A stretch of 36,198 nt of DNA from Kiritimatiellia bacterium. Its GTDB lineage: Bacteria; Verrucomicrobiota; Kiritimatiellia; RFP12; UBA3636. Below the pieces are notes generated by a model. The model worked only from the letters and a program-made list of their open reading frames with translations. It had not been told where the DNA came from and made no database searches. Each line of letters starts with the position of its first letter. Position 1 is the stretch's first letter. Positions 7,144 through 14,900 of the stretch are shown one piece after another. The stretch covers positions 1-36,198 of the forward strand of contig JBJEVW010000263.1 in the NCBI GenBank assembly GCA_051884735.1, in the 5' to 3' direction. The position numbers and the translations under genes are program-made.

Positions 7144-8637
7144 CTATTGCTGCTGTTGCTGCTGTTCCATCCACTGGCGCGCTTGGCCCTGTTCGGGCGC
7201 ATGGTCGTTCTCGGCGATCACCCAAGTGTCCTTGCAGCCGCCGCCCTGCGAGGAGTTGACGACGACCGACCCCTTGCGCAGCGCGACGCGGGTGAGTCCC
7301 CCCGGCTGCACGTAGATGTCTTCGCCCTGGATGATGTAGGGCCGCAAGTCGACGTGGCGTCCTTCGAGGTGGTCGCCGACGATGCACGGCACGCGCGAAA
7401 GCGCGATCATCGGCTGGGCGATGTAGTTGCGCGGATGGGCGAGAATCTTCGCCTTGAACGCCTCGCGCTCGGCGGCGGTGGCCTTGGGTCCCACCAGCAT
7501 GCCGTAGCCGCCCGATTCGCTCGTGGCCTTGACGACCATCTTGTCGAGATTGGCGAGCACGTGGCGCATTTCCTTTTCGCGTTCGCAGACGAAGGTGGGT
7601 ACGTTCGGAAGAATCGGCTCTTCGCCGAGATAGTATTTGATGAAGTCGGGGACGTAGGTGTAGATTGCCTTGTCGTCGGCCACCCCGCATCCCGGCGCGT
7701 TGGCGAGCGCCACGGTACCGTTGCGGTAGGCCGCCATGAGCCCGCGCACGCCGAGGCACGAATCGGGGCGGAAGGCATCGGGGTCGAGGAAATCGTCGTC
7801 GATGCGCCGGTAGATGACGTCCACCCGCACCGGTCCGCGCGTGGTGCGCGCATAGACGCAGCCGTCCGCAACGGTAAGGTCGTCGCCCTGCACGAGATCG
7901 ATGCCCATCTGCTGCGCGAGGTAGGAGTGTTCGTAGTAGGCCGAGTTGTAGATGCCCGGCGTCAGCACCACGGCCTTCGGATGGTCGGTCCAGGGGGCGA
8001 GATACTCGAGCGCGGCGCGCAGCCGGGCGGCGTATTCGTCGACGGGACGGATCGCGCAACGGTTGAACATCTGAGGAAAGGTGCGTTTGAGAATCTGGCG
8101 GTTCTGCAGCACGTAACTCACGCCGGACGGACAGCGCATGTTGTCTTCGAGCACGTAGAACGTGCCGTCGCTGTCGCGCACGAGATCGGTGCCGGTGATG
8201 TGCGCCCAGATGCCGCGCGGCGGAGTGAAACCGCGACACTGCGCGCGGTAGGCCGGACACGAATCGACGAGCCCGGCCGGCACCACGCCGTCGCGGATCG
8301 CCCGGCGCTCTCCGTAGACATCCTGCAGAAACAGGTTGAGCGCGCGTACGCGCTGGACGAGACCCGCTTCGATATGGCGCCAATCGGCCGCGCCGACGAC
8401 GCGCGGAATGACGTCGAAGGGGATGATCTTGTCCTTGCCTTCGCTCGCACCATAGACGGCAAACGTGATGCCGTTGTCGTAGAAGGCCGATTCGGCCGCC
8501 TGCTGGCGGCGCTCGAGCTCCCCTTCGGGCAGCTCGGCGATGCGCCGGAGCAAAGCGGCGGCAGCCGGACGCGGCGCACCATTTTCGTCATAGAGTTCGT
8601 CGTAGAACCCTTCAGTATCGTAGGCATCTAGTTTCAT
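7144..8637 (-). CDS. Circularly permuted type-2 ATP-grasp protein (DUF404/DUF407, COG2308), 497 aa
   Basis: The signature matches this family: FYDNGITFAVYG...IIPFDVIPR...VVKATSESGGYGMLVGP...PGGLTRVALRKGSVVVNSSQGGGCKDTWVI. The start overlaps the upstream gene's stop (ATGA at 8634-8637). Confidence 0.92.
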   Translation of the reverse strand: MKLDAYDTEGFYDELYDENGAPRPAAAALLRRIAELPEGELERRQQAAESAFYDNGITFAVYGASEGKDKIIPFDVIPRVVGAADWRHIEAGLVQRVRALNLFLQDVYGERRAIRDGVVPAGLVDSCPAYRAQCRGFTPPRGIWAHITGTDLVRDSDGTFYVLEDNMRCPSGVSYVLQNRQILKRTFPQMFNRCAIRPVDEYAARLRAALEYLAPWTDHPKAVVLTPGIYNSAYYEHSYLAQQMGIDLVQGDDLTVADGCVYARTTRGPVRVDVIYRRIDDDFLDPDAFRPDSCLGVRGLMAAYRNGTVALANAPGCGVADDKAIYTYVPDFIKYYLGEEPILPNVPTFVCEREKEMRHVLANLDKMVVKATSESGGYGMLVGPKATAAEREAFKAKILAHPRNYIAQPMIALSRVPCIVGDHLEGRHVDLRPYIIQGEDIYVQPGGLTRVALRKGSVVVNSSQGGGCKDTWVIAENDHAPEQGQARQWMEQQQQQQ

Positions 8638-9506
8638 TCGTTTTTCTCCTCACGCTCGTTGACGTTGACCGCCACTTTCAGCAGCGACTTGCCGCCGCCG
8701 GAAATGACGCCTTTGAGGGGGCTCACGTCGCCGAAATCGCGTCCCCACGCCAGCACGGGGTAGTCGCTGTCGGCGAGCCGGTCGTTAGTGGGGTCGAGCT
8801 CCAGCCACGCATCGCCGCCGCACCAGACCGCGCACCAGGCATGGGTAGCGTCGCAGCCGACGAGCTTGGGCATGCCCGGCGGCGGATAGGTGCGCAGATA
8901 GCCGCTCACGTACCGGCAGGGGATGCCGAACGCGCGCATCGCGGCGACCATCACGTGGGCAAAGTCTTGGCAGACCCCCTGGCGCATGCGCAGAATCGCC
9001 GCCGGCGGATCGCCGATGCGCGTCGTGCCGGGCGCGTAGCGGCAATCGGCATGGATGCGGTGCATCAATTCCTCGGCCGTCTCGCGGACGGCGCGTCCGG
9101 GCGCGAAACTCTCGCGCGCATAGCCGCGCACGGTGGCGTCGACGGGCGCAAAGGGCGATTCAAAAAGATACTTGGCCGCTTCGAGATCGTGCGGCGCGGC
9201 GGCGGCGACTTCCTCCCAGGGCGGCGTCGCGTCCGGCAGATGCTGCTCGCCGACTTCGGCGAGTCCGCCGCATGTGACGGAGAAGCGCCGGTAGGCGCAT
9301 TCGACGGCGAAGGCGGTGGCGGTATTGCCGAAGATGTCGATCCGGTTCTGCAGGGCGGCGGGTTCGGGCACGGCGGCGAAGCGGCGCTGAAGCCAGCGCT
9401 GACGCGGCGTGTCGCGCCCGCACAGATGCGCGAGATGGCTGGAGCACAACACATCCGCCTCGTATTCGTACGTCGTTTCGTGGTCGATGGCGAGGAGCTT
9501 GGTCAT
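8634..9506 (-). CDS. Transglutaminase-core (cysteine protease-like) family protein, 290 aa
   Basis: It starts at MTKLLAIDHETTYEYE, which is the N-terminal Bact_transglu_N-like segment. The catalytic triad context is GVCQDFAHVMVAAMRAFGIPCRYVSGY, THAWCAVW and LELDPTN. The upstream 181 codons of the track ORF overlap the preceding gene and are rejected. Confidence 0.9.
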   Translation of the reverse strand: MTKLLAIDHETTYEYEADVLCSSHLAHLCGRDTPRQRWLQRRFAAVPEPAALQNRIDIFGNTATAFAVECAYRRFSVTCGGLAEVGEQHLPDATPPWEEVAAAAPHDLEAAKYLFESPFAPVDATVRGYARESFAPGRAVRETAEELMHRIHADCRYAPGTTRIGDPPAAILRMRQGVCQDFAHVMVAAMRAFGIPCRYVSGYLRTYPPPGMPKLVGCDATHAWCAVWCGGDAWLELDPTNDRLADSDYPVLAWGRDFGDVSPLKGVISGGGKSLLKVAVNVNEREEKNE

Positions 9507-9511
9507 GGACG

Positions 9512-11659
9512 CTATACCTCCGTCACCAGGGCATGGACGACACCCGGCCGCGGCGCATGGTCGAGGTAGGCGCGCGAAATGAGCTCGTCCGCAGCAGCGA
9601 CCGATTGCGCCTGGACGTCGAGGAATCCGTCGAGACCGTCCGTGCACAGTGCCGTGCAATCGGCGAGACGCAAATCGGCGAGCAGACGGATAATCGCGCG
9701 ATCGAGCGGCGAAAAGAGCGCATCGGCATCGGCATGTTGCGGCAGACGGTGCGAAAGCTGCCGGAGCGCGGCGATCTGATAGGCGACGCTGCGCGGATTC
9801 GATTCGTCGCAGAGCAAAAGGTCGACAGCCGGCGCCAACTGAATGCGAGAACCGTAGCGGCGGCGGTAGGTGAGCCGGCCGTCGCCGACTTCGAGCAGCG
9901 CGGCCGCCGCGGCCGTTTCGCCGTCGCGGCCATTGCGGAATTGCCGTGCGAGCAGGTTGCGCATCAGCTTCAACGTCGAGGCGGCCGTATCGAGGCGGCG
10001 TCCGATTTCGAGAAAACGCCATTCGTAGCCGCGGGTCATGGACGAGGCGCAATGTCCGTAGGCTTCCGCCACAAGCGAGCCGATTTGCGCGAGATAGGGC
10101 AGAAGCGCCACCGGGTCGTCGCCATCGGGTTCGGCGAGGTGCGTGAGGCGCGCGAGCGCCGCGACGAGGTCCCCGGAGATGCGGTCGCGAACCGCCGGGA
10201 CGATGCGCGCGAGCGCCGCGATTCCCTCGGCAAGCGAGCCGCGGTAGTCGCCCCGGAGCGTGAACGCCCTAAGCGCGGCAAACGGATCGGCCAGCCCGGA
10301 CGCATCGCTGCCGAGGGCCTGCACGAGGGCGGGTATCTCGCTGCGCTCGATCCAGTCTTCGTCCGCCAGCCGCCGTGCCAGTCCGCGCGCCAGCCGCGCA
10401 TTGAGATCGGTGTTGGCGAGCAAGCGCCCGAGTGCGGCGAGATTGGCGGCGGCGCGGCTCGGGAGGTCGCCGCCGGCGCGGGTAGGCACGATCGGCTCAT
10501 CCGCGGCGGCGAGCAGCGAAAACTCCTTGACCTCTCCTTCCGAAACCACCCACACGTCTTCGCCGTCGGCAGTGTAGCCGCCCGGCATGGCAATCGTTTC
10601 GCCTGCGAGCGTATTGAGCGCAAAAAAGCAAATCTCCTTTTCGTAAGCCCGATGCTCGATGGCGACGTATTTTGCCGGTGCGGCGAGCATCTCGCGCATC
10701 AGTGCCAACTGCGCGGTCGGCGTGAGCGCGCCGTAGACGATACGCCGGCCAGGATGGTCGAACTGGACGAATTCCCATTGCTCCGGCTCGTCGAAGACCG
10801 CCTCGGCCGCCTGTGCATCGCCAAGGGCGATGGCGCGTTCGTCTTCAAGCAGCAGTTCTTCGCCGAGCAGCTCATGGCAAATGCGCGCGAAATGCGGCTT
10901 GAAGGCGGGATTCTCCAGCGCACCCGCGCCGAGGGCGTTCATCATGCCGACATTACCCGCGCGCAGGGCGGAAATCATCCCGACGGCGCCTTCGCCGGAA
11001 TCGACGCGCAGTTCCAGCGGATCGCACATCACGTCCTCGACCCGGCGGAAAATCGCGCCGACCGGCCGAAGCCCGCGCAGCGTCTTCATGTAAACGCGCA
11101 TGTCACGCACGGCCAAATCGTCGTTCTCGACGAGCGGCAGCGACAGATAGTCCGAAAGCGCCGCGTCCTCGGCGCGTTCAGGCGTCTGCGCTTCGGCCGC
11201 GAGCAGCACGCTCGCGCCCGCATGGGGGACGAGCCGGTCGAGATTGTCGCGCAGGCGTTTGAAGAAGTGCGCCAGACGCTGCACCTTCTGCGCCCGGAAC
11301 GATTCGGGATTCGCCCGCGAGGCCGCAAGGCGCAGTTCAAGCGTGCGCCACAATCCCCGCGGCACCTGCAATCTCTCGGCGGCGAGACGATAGCCGCCGG
11401 CCATCTTCCGGACGTCAAATGCCGCGAGATTGATGCCGATGCCGCCCGGCGCGGGCAGTTGCCACGCCTCCTGCAGAAACGCCGGATTGGAATACAAAAG
11501 CGACGCATCGAGAATCTGCCGATGCCACAGCGTCTGCGCACCGTACAAATCAGCGTACAGCGCCTGCATCAGCCGCGCGCGCTGCACAATGGCCGCGGCC
11601 AGGCCGCTCCACTCGTCCGGCTGAATGACAATCGGTGGTTTTGCTGTACTTCCGTTCAT
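9512..11659 (-). CDS. Fusion protein: N-terminally shortened circularly permuted ATP-grasp-like domain + C-terminal alpha-E-like domain, 715 aa, with apparently degenerate signature motifs
   Basis: Residues about 20-390 align by eye with residues about 85-480 of the stand-alone ATP-grasp (7144-8637). The C-terminal approximately 310 aa align with the alpha-E protein (SRAAANLAALGRLLANTD versus SRVADSIYWLGRYIERAE). ATG start verified. There is a 5-nt gap to the next gene. Confidence 0.8.
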   Translation of the reverse strand: MNGSTAKPPIVIQPDEWSGLAAAIVQRARLMQALYADLYGAQTLWHRQILDASLLYSNPAFLQEAWQLPAPGGIGINLAAFDVRKMAGGYRLAAERLQVPRGLWRTLELRLAASRANPESFRAQKVQRLAHFFKRLRDNLDRLVPHAGASVLLAAEAQTPERAEDAALSDYLSLPLVENDDLAVRDMRVYMKTLRGLRPVGAIFRRVEDVMCDPLELRVDSGEGAVGMISALRAGNVGMMNALGAGALENPAFKPHFARICHELLGEELLLEDERAIALGDAQAAEAVFDEPEQWEFVQFDHPGRRIVYGALTPTAQLALMREMLAAPAKYVAIEHRAYEKEICFFALNTLAGETIAMPGGYTADGEDVWVVSEGEVKEFSLLAAADEPIVPTRAGGDLPSRAAANLAALGRLLANTDLNARLARGLARRLADEDWIERSEIPALVQALGSDASGLADPFAALRAFTLRGDYRGSLAEGIAALARIVPAVRDRISGDLVAALARLTHLAEPDGDDPVALLPYLAQIGSLVAEAYGHCASSMTRGYEWRFLEIGRRLDTAASTLKLMRNLLARQFRNGRDGETAAAAALLEVGDGRLTYRRRYGSRIQLAPAVDLLLCDESNPRSVAYQIAALRQLSHRLPQHADADALFSPLDRAIIRLLADLRLADCTALCTDGLDGFLDVQAQSVAAADELISRAYLDHAPRPGVVHALVTEV

Positions 11660-11872
11660 GAACAGCCAAACAGCAGAAACCGTGCCATGAAGTCGAAATT
11701 ACGGAAAAACGACTGCATCAACAGACAGACGGCCTCTTTTTCCTGCCGGCGTTTTTCCCTTTTCCGCAATCCCTCGATTGCAAAAACCACTGCGCATTGC
11801 TCGCCTTCATGGCGCGCAATGCGCTAGGAAAAAGCCTTTTTCCCTGTTTTGCACCGTTCTTCCCGCCCGCCG

Positions 11873-11887
11873 GTCGGGAGGCCCGAC
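11873..11887. repeat. Reverse-oriented copy of the GTCGGG-CCT-CCCGAC hairpin module
   Basis: gtcgggaggcccgac is the exact reverse complement of the hairpin at 39-53. The flank ggccgtcgggcctcccgacc (minus strand) matches the 32495-32514 context. Confidence 0.7.
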
Positions 11888-12082
11888 GGCCGGTTCGCAT
11901 CATCGAAAAGCCCCTGCTTCACGATAACGGCAACCAATGCCCGTGCGGCGCTTTTGAGTCGCTCCTGTCGACAATTTTGGAAAATTTTGTAAAACAAGAC
12001 GGCGTCGCAAGAAGAAAAACATCCGGCGGAGCCAATCCTTGGCGGACGCAACGGAAAATATGATGCCAGCACACGCCGGACA

Positions 12083-12841
12083 TCAAGATTTGGGAGGCAC
12101 GAACGGCTGGAACATGCAAAGACGCCCGCCATCGACGATATGATTCGTTCCGGTCATGAACGAAGCATTCTCCGAACAGAGAAAGAGAATGAGGTCGATA
12201 ACTTCCTGCGGCTTGCCGGCACGCCCGAGAATGGTCGGCATACCGCTCATGGCCGCACGCGTGAGAATCGGTCCCGGAGATACGCAAAGCGCACGCACGT
12301 GGTGGGGGCCGCCTGCGATGGCGAGTCCCTTCACAAAGCTGACGAGCCCCGATTTGGCTGTCCCGTACATCGAGCCATATCCATCGCCCTCAATACCCGA
12401 CACGGAACCGAGGCATACGATGACACCCCCCTTCTTGGCCACCATCTGCGGCATGCAAGCGCGGGCAAAGTAGACGGCCCCCTTGAGGTTGACGTCCAGC
12501 CCCCAGTCGATCACGTCAACCGGTTGCTCGTAAAACGGGACATGGCTGTTGCACATACGCGCCTCGTTGCCGCCGGCGCATGTCACGAGAATGTCGCATC
12601 CCCCAAGTTTGGCGGCTTCCGCTGCCGCACGTTCGGCATCCGCGTAGACACGCACGTCGCCCGGGCACGCGACGGCCGCCGGACCGGTTTGCGCCGCCGC
12701 ATGCGCAAGCGCCTCGGCATTGACGTCGCACATGACGACTTTGGCTCCGTACCGCGCAAACTCCTGCGATGCAAGAAGCCCCATGCCGGAAGCCGCGCCG
12801 GTCACAACCGCGACCTTCCCCGTAAAATCAATTTCCTTCAT
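12083..12841 (-). CDS. SDR family (short-chain dehydrogenase/reductase) oxidoreductase, 252 aa
   Basis: GKVAVVTGAASGMG is the TGxxxGxG Rossmann motif. YGTAKSG is the catalytic YxxxK. Length is typical for a classical SDR. Confidence 0.9.
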   Translation of the reverse strand: MKEIDFTGKVAVVTGAASGMGLLASQEFARYGAKVVMCDVNAEALAHAAAQTGPAAVACPGDVRVYADAERAAAEAAKLGGCDILVTCAGGNEARMCNSHVPFYEQPVDVIDWGLDVNLKGAVYFARACMPQMVAKKGGVIVCLGSVSGIEGDGYGSMYGTAKSGLVSFVKGLAIAGGPHHVRALCVSPGPILTRAAMSGMPTILGRAGKPQEVIDLILFLCSENASFMTGTNHIVDGGRLCMFQPFVPPKS

Positions 12842-12898
12842 GGTTGTTTTTCTTCCTTTCCGTCAACGGAGAAAAATGATTTTGTTTTCATGCACAGG

Positions 12899-12927
12899 AT
12901 TGTAGCATCGTTCCGCCTGATTATCCA
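12899..12927 (-). promoter_or_regulatory. Candidate sigma-70-type promoter for the SDR gene (-35 TGGATA, 17-nt spacer, extended -10 TGcTACAAT)
   Basis: The minus strand reads tggataatcaggcggaacgaTGcTACAAT, about 55 nt upstream of the ATG at 12841. This is a sequence match only. Confidence 0.3.
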
Positions 12928-13003
12928 CCGCGCCCCGCCGCCAAACCGCACATGCGCCCTCCTCCTGTGACCATGCAGACGTTCGCGCGCCCCGTGGCCG
13001 CAT

Positions 13004-13230
13004 GCGCGCATTACCCCACGCATTACCGTGCGGCGCGATCATTGGCTACCGGGCCTCCCGGCTCGCCCGCCGGGTAATGCGCGCGGGCGGTATGGCCGGT
13101 AGGGCGCGATGTCCCCATCGCGCCGCAGGGTAATGCGCGGGGCGTAATGGCGTGTGGCGGGATGCCAAGCCGCGCACCGCGCCATGCGGCGCGGCGGCGC
13201 GATGATTGGCGGCCGGGCCTCCGGCTCGCC
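13004..13230. repeat. Cluster of modular GC-rich palindromic (REP-like) elements
   Basis: Hairpin A is GGCGCGATG-TCCC-CATCGCGCC at 13103-13124, within the 42-nt module GGTAGGGCGCGATGTCCCCATCGCGCCGCAGGGTAATGCGCG. Module B is GGCGCGATnATTGGCnnCCGGGCCTCC(C)GGCTCGCC at 13032-13067 and 13196-13230. A long-range 11-bp stem pairs GCGCATTACCC (13006-13016) with GGGTAATGCGC (13072-13082). The same modules recur at 18484-18660 and 32772-32884. Confidence 0.8.
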
Positions 13231-14403
13231 TTAACGGGAAACGGATCCGCCGCCGAGAAGAAGCGCCCCGGCATAGAGAACGGCTGCCTGGCCGGGAGAC
13301 GGTGCACGAAAACCTTCGGGGCGCGTCGCCAGAAAACGATTGCCGGACAAAACTTCGATACGGGAAGTCAGACAGACGCCGGAAGAACGCGGTTTCAAGC
13401 CACAGGTAAACACGGTCCCGACTGGCGGCGGTTCAATCGAGGTCCAGACGACGTTTTCCACGAGAAGAGACGGCGAAACGAGATCGGCGGACGATCCGAC
13501 ATAGACCCGGTTCTTCTCCGGATCGAGCGAGGTCACGAAAAGCGGTTCGGCAAAGCCGGAGAGACCGAGCCCTTTGCGTTGTCCAGGCGTATGGCGCCAG
13601 AAGCCGCGGTGGCGTCCAAGCACGCGCCCGTCCGAGCGGCAAATCTCGCCGGGGTTTTCATCGCTGCCGAGCAGTTCGGCGCGATCGATGCAGAGATCCT
13701 GGCTATCGGGTTTTTGGGCGACTTCCAGGCCGATGGACTGCGCGAGAGCCCGCACGTCAAGCTTGGTGAGGGCACCGAGCGGAAAGAGGGTTCGGGCGAG
13801 TTGCGTTGCGGAGAGGCGAAAGAGGAAATAGGCTTGATCGCGAGCGGTGTCCGCGCCACAAAGCAGGGCGAAGGGGCGTGGCCGGAAAGCGGTTCCGGGA
13901 GCGGCAGTGGCGCGGAGCGAATCCAACGCCGACAAGACCTCGTCACGGGCGTTGTCTTGTGCAGGCGGGATTCCGGACCGGCCGCCTTCTTCCATGGAGA
14001 CAATGCGGGCGTAATGTCCGGTTGCCATGGCGTCGAAGGAATAGCCGGCGTGGCGTGCCGCCTCGGGCAGGAATCCGAATTTGACGGCGGGATTGCAAAG
14101 AACGCAGGCATTTGGGGTGTAGCCGGTCCGGTACGCACCGCGGCAAGGATCGACGACCGCTTGCCGGTAGGCGGTGGTGATATCGACGGCAAGATGGGGA
14201 ATGCCGAGACGGTCGCAGAGATGGCGGGCGGCGGCCAGATCGGCCGGGGAACCGGGCGTAGGGACGGGCGCGGCCCCGGCGGGGGCGCCGCCATTGGGGC
14301 GCGTCATGGTGACGCCGGCGACAAGACGATGCCCCGCCTTCCGGAGCAGAAAGGCCGTCACGGCGGAATCGACCCCGCCACTGAGTGCGATCAACACATT
14401 CAC
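13231..14403 (-). CDS. mnmA: tRNA 2-thiouridine(34) synthase MnmA, 390 aa
   Basis: NVLIALSGGVDSAV is the PP-loop SGGxDS. CVLCNPAVKFGFL is the conserved Cys region. The GTG start at 14401-14403 overlaps the trmL stop (GTGA). Confidence 0.88.
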   Translation of the reverse strand: MNVLIALSGGVDSAVTAFLLRKAGHRLVAGVTMTRPNGGAPAGAAPVPTPGSPADLAAARHLCDRLGIPHLAVDITTAYRQAVVDPCRGAYRTGYTPNACVLCNPAVKFGFLPEAARHAGYSFDAMATGHYARIVSMEEGGRSGIPPAQDNARDEVLSALDSLRATAAPGTAFRPRPFALLCGADTARDQAYFLFRLSATQLARTLFPLGALTKLDVRALAQSIGLEVAQKPDSQDLCIDRAELLGSDENPGEICRSDGRVLGRHRGFWRHTPGQRKGLGLSGFAEPLFVTSLDPEKNRVYVGSSADLVSPSLLVENVVWTSIEPPPVGTVFTCGLKPRSSGVCLTSRIEVLSGNRFLATRPEGFRAPSPGQAAVLYAGALLLGGGSVSR

Positions 14404-14870
14404 GGCAAGCCGGAAGAAGCGGGATTCAGCTGGCGATAGGCTTCGTATGCCGCAATCGCCACGGCATTGGAGAGATTGAGCGAACGGGAATGCTCGCCCG
14501 GCATGGGAATGCGAAAGAGGTCGTCTGCATACCGTTCGTACAACTCCGGGGGAAGCCCGCGGCTTTCACAGCCAAAGACAAGCGTGTCGCCATCGCAAAA
14601 CGATGTTTCGTACAGCGATTTGGTTCCCTTGGTGGACAGGAAAAAGAGGCGCTCCGGACGGGCCGCAGACAGGTAGGCTTCCCAATTCTCGTGGACGGAA
14701 AGGCGGAGATACGGCCAGTAGTCGAGTCCGCACCGGCGAATGTGCGCATCGTCCAATGCAAAGCGAATCGGCCGGATGAGGGCAAGATCATAGCCGAGCG
14801 CGACGCAGGTTCTGCCGATGGCTCCCGTATTGTGGGGAATTTCGGGATGGACGAGTACGATGTGTATCAT
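14400..14870 (-). CDS. trmL: tRNA (cytidine/uridine(34)-2'-O)-methyltransferase TrmL (SpoU/TrmH family), 156 aa
   Basis: MIHIVLVHPEIPHNTGAIGRTCVALG...GLDYW...FGCESRGLP...IPMPGEHSRSLNLSNAVAIAAYEAYRQL is collinear with E. coli TrmL (YibK) as I recall it. Confidence 0.9.
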   Translation of the reverse strand: MIHIVLVHPEIPHNTGAIGRTCVALGYDLALIRPIRFALDDAHIRRCGLDYWPYLRLSVHENWEAYLSAARPERLFFLSTKGTKSLYETSFCDGDTLVFGCESRGLPPELYERYADDLFRIPMPGEHSRSLNLSNAVAIAAYEAYRQLNPASSGLP

Positions 14871-14900
14871 GGGTGGTTGGGGCGGGCGGCCCTCACTGCC

